Origin: an uncultured Opitutales bacterium
GTDB taxonomy: Bacteria > Verrucomicrobiota > Verrucomicrobiia > Opitutales > Intestinicryptomonadaceae
Direction: 5' to 3'
DNA: 32,000 nucleotides
Assembly: GCA_934613415.1 (NCBI GenBank)
Contig: CAKTSY010000005.1
Location: forward strand, 60,001 to 92,000
A program made the position numbers and the translations under genes. The notes beneath the pieces are model-generated. The model ran no database searches and had not been told where the DNA came from. It was given only the letters and a program-made list of their open reading frames with translations. Positions 25,785-32,000 of this stretch are shown here, in pieces (positions within the stretch are counted from its first letter, which is position 1; every line of letters starts with the position of its first letter).

Positions 25785-26527
25785 TTGCAGACAAGTTCCT
25801 TCATTTCGCGCACTGCACATTCCATACCAACAAGCAATGCCCTGCAAACAATGGTATGCCCTATGTTTAGCTCGTTAAACTCGCCCAAAGTTTTAAAGTC
25901 GGGCAAATTCTTGTAGTTTAAGCCGTGGCCTGCGTTTACAATTAAATTTTGCTCTTCGCAAAAATTGCGCGCAATCCTTAGCCTCTGTTTTTCGGCCTCG
26001 AACTTTTGGGGATTGTTCCAAGCGTTGGCATACGCCCCCGTATGAAGCTCTACTGCCTGCGCGCCGGCCTTTTTTGCGGCCGCAATTTGCTCTAAATCGG
26101 GGTCTATAAAAAGAGATACCCTAATACCTGCGTCCTGCATCTTCTTTGTGGCGCAAAGTACTTCGTTAAACTTGCCCACAACATTTAGGCCGCCTTCGGT
26201 AGTTACCTCCTTTCGATTTTCGGGAACAACGCATACATAGGCTGGCTTATATTCCAACGCCTTTTGCACCATTTCTTCGGTGCACGCCATTTCCATATTT
26301 ATGGTAGCTCCAAGATTTTTTGTAAGGTTTAAAACGTCGCAATCTCTAATGTGGCGACGGTCTTCTCTAAGGTGGACGGTAATGGAATCTGCCCCGCCCT
26401 TTAACGCCGCTTTTGCGATTTCGAAAATATCGGGTTCTATAACTATGCCCGAATTAAAATCGGTATCGCAATAGCGAGCCTGCCTTAATGTTGCACTATG
26501 GTCTATATTTACTCCGAGTTTTGTCAT
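25781..26527 (-). CDS. pdxJ: Pyridoxine 5'-phosphate synthase
   Basis: 248 aa. Motifs are LGVNIDHSATLRQAR, ITVHLREDRRHI, VPENRKEVTTEGGL, VELHTGAYA, NAGHGLNY and ELNIGH. Confidence 0.92.
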   Translation of the reverse strand: MTKLGVNIDHSATLRQARYCDTDFNSGIVIEPDIFEIAKAALKGGADSITVHLREDRRHIRDCDVLNLTKNLGATINMEMACTEEMVQKALEYKPAYVCVVPENRKEVTTEGGLNVVGKFNEVLCATKKMQDAGIRVSLFIDPDLEQIAAAKKAGAQAVELHTGAYANAWNNPQKFEAEKQRLRIARNFCEEQNLIVNAGHGLNYKNLPDFKTLGEFNELNIGHTIVCRALLVGMECAVREMKELVCK

Positions 26528-26535
26528 TTTTTTAC

Positions 26536-28008
26536 CTACCTAAAAGTTTTCCAGAAAGACGGCGCAAAAAGCGCCAAAATTGCGTAAAGCTCTATCCTGC
26601 CCAAAATCATAACAAACGCCAACGCCAATTTAGACGCCGCCGACAGAGACGAATAGTCGGCAAACGGGCCAAATTCGCCAAAGCCGGGGCCCACGTTCGA
26701 CAAGCTTGCAATTACCGCCGACATTGCTCCCTCGAAACTGGTTTCGGGCTCTAATATTGAAATTACAAGCGTTCCCGCAAAAAAGGCCAGAACATATAAA
26801 ACAATGAATGTTAAAATTTCAACCGAGCCGCTTTCGGTAAGCACCCTGCCGTTTAGTTTTACGGGGTTTACAAGCCTTGGCCTATACGAGCGCGCCAAGT
26901 GCGCCACTGCAAGCTTTACGGCGGCAACAACCCTTGCAACCTTAAGCCCGCCGCTTGTAGACCCCGAACACCCGCCTATGAATATCAGCACAAAAAACAG
27001 AATGTGCGTTATGGGTTTCCAGGTTTGGTAGTCGCAAACGGCGTAGCCCGTGCTCGTCATAATCGAAACGCACTGAAATGCCGAAGTCCTAAAATTTGCA
27101 AGCGCATTGGGAAAGCCCGAATAGTTTTCGCGCGAAATGAACACTACCAAAGTAGAAAACGCCAAAATTGCAACGTAGGCATAAAACTCGGTGTTTCTTT
27201 TTATATATTCAACATTGCCCCTTAAAAGCGAAAGTATGTATATAAAACTTACGCCGCTAACGAACATAAAAAATATCATAGCCCATTCCAATGCCGGGTT
27301 GTTAAACGCCCCAACGTTTTGCTCGAACGTTCCGAACCCGCCAGAAGGCACGGTTGTAAGCATATGGCAAAAGGCGTCGAAACAGCCCAAACCGCAAAGC
27401 TTGTAGCACACGGCGCAGGCCGCCGACAAAAAAATGTATACCGCAAAAATCCTGAAAACCCCGTTGCGGATTTGCCCGCTGTCGTGCTCGTACGACTTTG
27501 CGCTTGATTCGTACGAATACAGTATCCTTGCCGAAGCCCCCAAAAACGACAGTATTGCCACAAACAAAACCACAACGCCCAAACCGCCAATCCACTGGCT
27601 TAACGCCCTCCACAAAATAAGGCTGCGGGGGAAGTTTTCCACCGAAGCAAATACGCTAGAGCCCGTTGTGGTAAAACCGCTTGCGCTTTCAAAAAAAGCG
27701 TCGGCAAAATTCGCGTTTAAAATAAGCACAAAGGGCAGCGCCCCGAAAAACGAGGTAAACAGCCACGAAAGCCCTATAACGCACATCGCCTCGCGCTTAA
27801 AAAGCTTCATTTGCGCGCTTTTGCCGGGTATATAAAATATAACCGAAACCAAAATGCAAACGGCAAAGCAGGTTATCCAATTTGGCAATGCCTCCTGCTC
27901 TAAAATAGAGTTGCCGAAATACGCGCAAAAGCCCGCGCACGCCCCGACGGCAATCGACAGAGTGCCGAACACCATTGAAAGCATTTTAAATACAATCGGG
28001 TAGTTCAT
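26536..28008 (-). CDS. trkH: Trk-type potassium uptake protein, membrane subunit TrkH
   Basis: 490 aa and polytopic. The repeated pore-loop signatures are GFTTTGSSV, TSTGYA and GGCSGSTSGGLKV. The start overlaps the trkA stop (TAATG at 28006-28010). Confidence 0.85.
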   Translation of the reverse strand: MNYPIVFKMLSMVFGTLSIAVGACAGFCAYFGNSILEQEALPNWITCFAVCILVSVIFYIPGKSAQMKLFKREAMCVIGLSWLFTSFFGALPFVLILNANFADAFFESASGFTTTGSSVFASVENFPRSLILWRALSQWIGGLGVVVLFVAILSFLGASARILYSYESSAKSYEHDSGQIRNGVFRIFAVYIFLSAACAVCYKLCGLGCFDAFCHMLTTVPSGGFGTFEQNVGAFNNPALEWAMIFFMFVSGVSFIYILSLLRGNVEYIKRNTEFYAYVAILAFSTLVVFISRENYSGFPNALANFRTSAFQCVSIMTSTGYAVCDYQTWKPITHILFFVLIFIGGCSGSTSGGLKVARVVAAVKLAVAHLARSYRPRLVNPVKLNGRVLTESGSVEILTFIVLYVLAFFAGTLVISILEPETSFEGAMSAVIASLSNVGPGFGEFGPFADYSSLSAASKLALAFVMILGRIELYAILALFAPSFWKTFR

Positions 28009-29360
28009 TAGTGGCCGAACATTTTTGCCGCAGCTTTTGCGTTGTCTTTAGCAACAATTAAAATTACGCTGTCGTGCGCGTTTATTACATCGTTTGCCTG
28101 CGGCACTTTGGCGTCGGAGCCTCTAACTAACGCGGCAACTACGCAACCTTTGGGCAGCCCCGCCTCTCTGAGAGACTTCGAAACAACCTCGGCGTTTTCG
28201 GCAACTTTAAGCTCCATAATTTCTATGGAATTGTTCGAAGAATATACAATTTTTTCGCCCGCATTAAGGCGTATTATGTCTAAGATTACGTTTGCCGTTG
28301 CCTTTCTCGGCGAAACCGAAAGCTCCAAATTCAAAAACGCGCTCATATTGCCCAAAAGCTCTTCGTAGTCGGGCTTGTTTATTACAAGGCAAACATGTTC
28401 AACCCCAAGCTTTTTAGCCTGAAGCGAAGTCATAATATTGTCTTCGTCTTTTTTTGTGCATGAAATGAAGTAGTCTGAACTGCCTATTTGCTCTTCCTCT
28501 AAAAGCTGAAGAGATGTTGCAGACCCGTTTATAACGGTAATGTTGGGGAACTCTTCGGCAAAGATTTTACATTTTTTTAACGAAGGATCTATCAACCTAA
28601 TTTTAAAGCGGTTTGCCCCCAACAATTTTATTATGGAAATTGCAGTTTCCGTTGCGCCGTATATTGCAACGTCTACGATGTCGCCAATAAATTCGCGGTT
28701 AAAAAGCTTGCGGTAGTTATACAAACTTTCGGTGCTGCCGAAAAGCGTTACAATGTCGCCGCCCTTTAAGATAGTGTCAGGGCCAGCTACGTTTGCCGAA
28801 GTTTTATCGCCCACATAGCCTATGCGCAAGTCTTTGGGCAAGTCTAAGTTTTTAAGGGGCTTATTTGCCAAGCGCGAATTTTCGCTTACCTGCAGCTGCT
28901 GCACTTCAATTTTACCCCTTGCAAAGGTTTCTACCGCAACGCGTTCGGGGTTTCGTATAAGCTTTGCCAATTCAACCGCCGAAAGCGCTTCGGGGTTAAG
29001 CAAATAATCTATCTTAAAATATTCCTTGTAGTCTACAATAGAAGAATCCGTATAAACGGTGTCGTGAACCCTTGCAATAGAGTGCTTTGCCCCCATTTGC
29101 TTGGCAATGGAACACGCCAAAATGTTCGACTGGTCATCGGAAGTCATCGACATAAAATAGTCGCAGTCGGCAACACCAGCCTTTTGCAGGCATTTTGCAG
29201 AGGCTGCATTGCCCACAATAACCCTTACGTCTAGGCTGTTTTCCATTTCCTGAGCAATTTCCTCCATAGCCTCTATAAGCGTAACGTCGTATCTGGCCTC
29301 GCTTAAAACTTTGCACAAATAAGAGCCAACATCGCCCGAACCTGCCACTATTATTCTCAT
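28008..29360 (-). CDS. trkA: Trk system potassium uptake protein TrkA (tandem RCK/NAD-binding domains)
   Basis: 450 aa. The N-terminal MRIIVAGSGDVGSYL is a GxGxxG Rossmann motif. A second half begins VAIYGATETAISIIKLL. Length and architecture are typical for TrkA. Confidence 0.88.
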   Translation of the reverse strand: MRIIVAGSGDVGSYLCKVLSEARYDVTLIEAMEEIAQEMENSLDVRVIVGNAASAKCLQKAGVADCDYFMSMTSDDQSNILACSIAKQMGAKHSIARVHDTVYTDSSIVDYKEYFKIDYLLNPEALSAVELAKLIRNPERVAVETFARGKIEVQQLQVSENSRLANKPLKNLDLPKDLRIGYVGDKTSANVAGPDTILKGGDIVTLFGSTESLYNYRKLFNREFIGDIVDVAIYGATETAISIIKLLGANRFKIRLIDPSLKKCKIFAEEFPNITVINGSATSLQLLEEEQIGSSDYFISCTKKDEDNIMTSLQAKKLGVEHVCLVINKPDYEELLGNMSAFLNLELSVSPRKATANVILDIIRLNAGEKIVYSSNNSIEIMELKVAENAEVVSKSLREAGLPKGCVVAALVRGSDAKVPQANDVINAHDSVILIVAKDNAKAAAKMFGH

Positions 29361-29592
29361 ACTAAAAATAAGCTATCATATTCTGAATTTATTAAAAGAA
29401 AAAAACAATACCAAGCTGTTGCGCAAAACCAACCATTTCGTTTAACGGACAAAAAACGCTTTTTTGCGTGCAAAAACGGAAAAAACACAATGTAAATAGG
29501 CGCGTATACGCATTTTTTGCAAAAAAGTGTTGATTTTTTAAAAATATGCTGTTGTATGGAACACTTAATAACTCACAACAAGGTATAAATTT

Positions 29593-29751
29593 ATGTCGCA
29601 ACACAATAGCTTGAAAAGCGGAAGTTCCGCATCGTCTAAGAACCGCAGCGTTCTTAAAAGATTTGAACGTATCGACTTGCTCTCGAAGAGAGGTCAGTGG
29701 AAAGATAACGGCAGAGTTACGGCTCTTCCCAAAACAAAACCTTCGGAATAG
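29593..29751 (+). CDS. Small basic protein, 52 aa: MSQHNSLKSGSSASSKNRSVLKRFERIDLLSKRGQWKDNGRVTALPKTKPSE
   Basis: It is missing from the ORF track because it is under 60 aa. ATG at 29593, TAG at 29749-29751, 12 K/R in 52 aa. A clean intrinsic terminator follows 35 nt downstream. The pattern SLK...R.VLKR.ERI..L...G.W......LPK resembles the 'small basic protein' family I recall from PVC-group genomes. This is unverified. Confidence 0.6.
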   Translation: MSQHNSLKSGSSASSKNRSVLKRFERIDLLSKRGQWKDNGRVTALPKTKPSE

Positions 29752-29785
29752 TTTTTATATTTCGACAAAATTCCCTTTTGTTCAA

Positions 29786-29822
29786 GGCGAAGTTCCATTT
29801 TGGAATTTCGCCCTTTTTATTT
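29786..29822 (+). terminator. Intrinsic terminator of the small basic protein gene
   Basis: GGCGAAGTTCC - ATTTT - GGAATTTCGCC (11 bp, one G.U), followed by CTTTTTATTT. Confidence 0.75.
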
Positions 29823-29870
29823 GTTCAAGCTTCAGGCAAATATACTCGCATTTTTAACAAAAGATACCCC

Positions 29871-29912
29871 TTGCGGAGCAAAATAAGCACTTTCTCCGCA
29901 AAATTTGCGGAG
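29871..29912. repeat. 42-bp repeat, left copy (downstream of the fic stop)
   Basis: TTGCGGAGCAAAATAAGCACTTTCTCCGCAAAATTTGCGGAG. The internal layout is TTGCGGAG-N16-CTCCGCAA-N3-TTGCGGAG. It matches 31058-31099 at 37 of 42 positions. Confidence 0.85.
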
Positions 29913-29926
29913 ATAATAAGCTATAG

Positions 29927-31024
29927 CTAAACCTTGCTATTGTTTATAACATAGTGTGTAGACCGCCCTACACCTTCTTTTAAAAGAACGCCTTTTGCGA
30001 TGAGGTCGTTGATTTCGCGAGAGGCGGTGTCTTGCGAGCAGTCGCGGATATTCGCCCATCGCGACGAAGTCATTTTGCCTTCAAAACCGTCTAGCAATCT
30101 ATTGATAAGTTTTCGCTGCCCTGAGCTTATATCTACATCAACAACGCTTTGCCAAAATCGGGCTTTAAACATAAGCCTTTCGCTGGTTTTTTCGGCATCA
30201 GAAATGGCATTGCATAGCGTATCTAAAAACCACACCAGCCAATTTGTTATGTCCAAACCGCCCTTTTGCGTTTGCTCTATTATGTCGTAGTAGGCTTTCC
30301 TGTTTTTCTCTATTTGCTTCGACATACTGTAGAAGCGCAGCTGCGATTTTTCGCATTTTGCCAGCATATACTCCGTAATCGCGCGGGTTATGCGCCCGTT
30401 GCCGTCTTCAAACGGGTGCAGCGTTATAAACCATAAATGCGCAATTGCAGCCGAAATTAAGTTTGCCTCTACAGAATTTGCCCAACTTAAAAATTTTGCA
30501 ACTTCGGCTGCGATAACTTCGGCTTTGGGGGCTTGGTAGTGTATGGTTTTATGGTTGCCGCGTTCCGAAACAACCTGCATTCGCCCGAATTTATCCGAGC
30601 GGAATTTGCCCACTTCTATCTCCGACATTCCGCTCCAACCCGTCGGGAATAACGCCGCGTGCCACGCAAAAAGCCGCTCGTTTGCAAGGGGCTTGTTGAA
30701 ATTATCTATGGCGTCAACCATCATTTTAACAACGCCGTCTACATAACGGCTAGGCTCTACCAAAGATTTATAGTTTATATTAAGCCTGCGCGCAACCGAC
30801 GAACGCACCTGTTCTAAATTGAGATTTGCCCCCTCTATTTCGGAAGATGTTATAATTTCGGCAGAAAGGCTATTTAATACCTGCTCGTTTTTTATGTCGA
30901 AACCAAGTGCATTCATCTTGCCTAGCAATTTGCCCTGTGCAAACACAGCCCTTGAAAGCGCAGGCTGAATATCCCCCGCATTCCAAACAAAATTAGGCCA
31001 ATTTTCGCACTCGTAAATATACAT
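29927..31024 (-). CDS. Fic-family protein (DUF4172 N-terminus, Fic core, C-terminal wHTH-like domain), probable AMPylase with an intramolecular inhibitory helix
   Basis: The track start at 31030 is TTG. The first ATG at 31024 gives MYIYECENWPNFVW (DUF4172-like). The canonical Fic motif is HPFEDGNGRITRAI. The inhibitory motif [ST]xxxE[GN] is present as SSEIEG. The C-terminal region reads SQDTASREINDLIAKGVLLKEGVGRSTHY. Confidence 0.88.
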   Translation of the reverse strand: MYIYECENWPNFVWNAGDIQPALSRAVFAQGKLLGKMNALGFDIKNEQVLNSLSAEIITSSEIEGANLNLEQVRSSVARRLNINYKSLVEPSRYVDGVVKMMVDAIDNFNKPLANERLFAWHAALFPTGWSGMSEIEVGKFRSDKFGRMQVVSERGNHKTIHYQAPKAEVIAAEVAKFLSWANSVEANLISAAIAHLWFITLHPFEDGNGRITRAITEYMLAKCEKSQLRFYSMSKQIEKNRKAYYDIIEQTQKGGLDITNWLVWFLDTLCNAISDAEKTSERLMFKARFWQSVVDVDISSGQRKLINRLLDGFEGKMTSSRWANIRDCSQDTASREINDLIAKGVLLKEGVGRSTHYVINNSKV

Positions 31025-31057
31025 AAGCAATCTTTTATCGACACAATAAAAGCATAT

Positions 31058-31099
31058 TTGCGGAGAAAAACAAGCATTTTATCCGCAAATTTTGCGGAG
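31058..31099. repeat. 42-bp repeat, right copy (upstream of the fic start)
   Basis: TTGCGGAGAAAAACAAGCATTTTATCCGCAAATTTTGCGGAG. It is in direct orientation relative to 29871-29912 and lies 33 nt from the fic ATG at 31024. A related palindromic element, CCGCAAAGCGCAAATTTGCGG, lies at 31127-31147. Confidence 0.85.
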
Positions 31100-31153
31100 G
31101 TAACTGGCTGGTTTTCTGTTTTTATTCCGCAAAGCGCAAATTTGCGGCGCTAT

Positions 31154-31192
31154 AAAAACAAAAAAAGAGACTGCCAACTTTGTGGCAATCTC
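31154..31192 (-). terminator. Intrinsic terminator of the ACT-domain gene
   Basis: The minus strand reads GAGATTGCCA-CAAAGT-TGGCAGTCTC (10 bp, one G.U) followed by TTTTTTTGTTTTT. It lies 46 nt after the stop at 31238. Confidence 0.75.
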
Positions 31193-31237
31193 TATTTGCG
31201 CCTGTGTAAAAGCTATGCAGGCAAAAAGTCGCAAATA

Positions 31238-31624
31238 TTATTTAAACAGCTTTTCGGCAGCCAAAATATCTTCGAACTTTAATATCATTACCGAGCTTTC
31301 GGGCGTTTGGGCGGGCATGGCATAGGCATATTCTATGTTAAGCTTTTGCGCCTGTGCTCGCTCTAATATTTCCAAAAAGCTGCCGGCTTTGTTTGCAACT
31401 TCAATCGAAAGCACGTCTATAAGCTTGCACGATATTTTTGCGTTCGACAATGCCTCTTTTGCCTTTTCGGGGTCGTCCACAATAAGGCGCATAACCCCGA
31501 AGTCTTTTGTTTCGGCAATAGATATGGTTATAAGGTTTACGTTTGCCTGGGCTAGCACCTTGCAAACCCTGATAAGGTGCCCGGGTTGGTTTTCGAGAAA
31601 TACTGATACTTGTTTTAATCTCAT
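31238..31624 (-). CDS. ACT-domain protein (tandem ACT, amino-acid-binding regulatory type)
   Basis: 128 aa. MRLKQVSVFLENQPGHLIRVCKVLAQANVNLITISIAE is a typical ACT beta-alpha-beta start, and a second copy begins at LSIEVANKAGSFLEIL. It sits downstream of a PaaK-like ligase, a pairing I recall as common. Confidence 0.75.
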   Translation of the reverse strand: MRLKQVSVFLENQPGHLIRVCKVLAQANVNLITISIAETKDFGVMRLIVDDPEKAKEALSNAKISCKLIDVLSIEVANKAGSFLEILERAQAQKLNIEYAYAMPAQTPESSVMILKFEDILAAEKLFK

Positions 31625-31636
31625 AACGCTAGCCTA

Positions 31637-32000
31637 CTATATTTTTCGGTTGTCGTAAACTCTTTTCGCTTTGCCTTCCGAACGCGGCAGGCTGTGCGGC
31701 TCCATAAGTTTTACGTCTATCCTTATATTTGTTATGGCGGCAATGGCCGCCTGTATTTTTTTGCGAATCGCCTCCATTGCGGCAATGCTGTCGCTATAGC
31801 AATTTTCCTTAAGCTCAAGCTCTACCCTTACAGAGTCTAAGTCTTTAACTCTTTCAAGAACAATTCTATAGTTGGGGCTGCATTCTTCAACCCTCATCAT
31901 TGCAGCTTCTATCTGCGAAGGAAATACATTTACGCCCCTTATTATAAACATATCGTCGCACCTGCGGCCTATGCGGCGTATGCGGCGTATTGTTCTGCCG
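31637..32000 (-). CDS. Phenylacetate-CoA ligase family (PaaK-like) protein, C-terminal part; the 5' end lies outside the window
   Basis: The frame stays open upstream of the track's Met (31951) to the window edge: ...GRTIRRIRRIGRRCDDMFIIRGVNVFPSQIEAAMM.... This matches the PaaK GRxDDM..RGVNVFPxQIE motif and C-terminal domain. Confidence 0.8.
   Translation of the reverse strand, partial: GRTIRRIRRIGRRCDDMFIIRGVNVFPSQIEAAMMRVEECSPNYRIVLERVKDLDSVRVELELKENCYSDSIAAMEAIRKKIQAAIAAITNIRIDVKLMEPHSLPRSEGKAKRVYDNRKI

Noticed and set aside
29361-29592. A K+-related riboswitch (for example c-di-AMP/ydaO-type) in the trkA leader, and the perfect palindrome GCGTATACGC at 29502-29511
   Set aside because: I recognised no conserved riboswitch core sequences. 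Only a weak 4-bp hairpin is present. The 10-bp palindrome is isolated, too short to interpret, and may occur by chance in an AT-rich divergent promoter region.
31058-31282. A 74-aa + strand ORF between fic and the ACT gene. Also 29663-29857 (+) and 29392-29604 (-).
   Set aside because: They use non-ATG or unsupported starts and have low-complexity sequence. They run through terminator hairpins and the 42-bp repeat, or overlap the better-supported small basic protein gene out of frame.
1-32000. CRISPR arrays, IS elements, prophage or known defence-system genes
   Set aside because: There are no short regularly spaced repeats. No transposase, integrase, recombinase, nuclease/helicase or ATPase defence-type ORFs appear in either strand's ORF set. 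The only toxin-like gene is the single Fic protein, which carries its own inhibitory motif.

Overview
This 32-kb chromosomal window comes from a diderm bacterium that looks like an anaerobic polysaccharide degrader. I could not assign a taxon; a small basic protein family recalled from PVC-group genomes is the only hint. Most of the window is housekeeping: the uvrB 3' end, type III glutamine synthetase glnN, tRNA-Phe, apbE, galM, a reverse rubrerythrin, and a tightly packed minus-strand run trkA-trkH-pdxJ-acpS-nnr-dprA. The window ends with an ACT-domain gene and a partial PaaK-like ligase. Signal-peptide proteins are interleaved with these: a GH50/GH42-like hydrolase, a porin-like beta-barrel, a heparinase II/III-like protein and a DUF2147 lipoprotein. 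No CRISPR array, transposase, integrase or recognisable defence system is present. Four things stand out. (1) A 31-codon mini-ORF with a FFFAYYYYF run, followed by three mutually exclusive helices and an intrinsic terminator, sits directly in front of an orphan DRE-TIM aldolase. This looks like a classic leader-peptide attenuator sensing Phe/Tyr. (2) Two tandem paralogous ~975-aa secreted proteins have no family I can name. Their identity pattern is mosaic, suggesting gene conversion, and a beta-propeller/di-haem CCP-MauG-like gene follows 22 nt downstream. (3) A Fic (DUF4172-Fic-wHTH) gene sits between two convergent terminators and is tightly bracketed by 42-bp imperfect direct repeats with nested hairpins. 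(4) A 52-aa small basic protein gene falls below the ORF-track cutoff, and a ~400-nt G-depleted spacer lies upstream of the GH gene. All family calls rest on motif recognition by eye; no searches were run.
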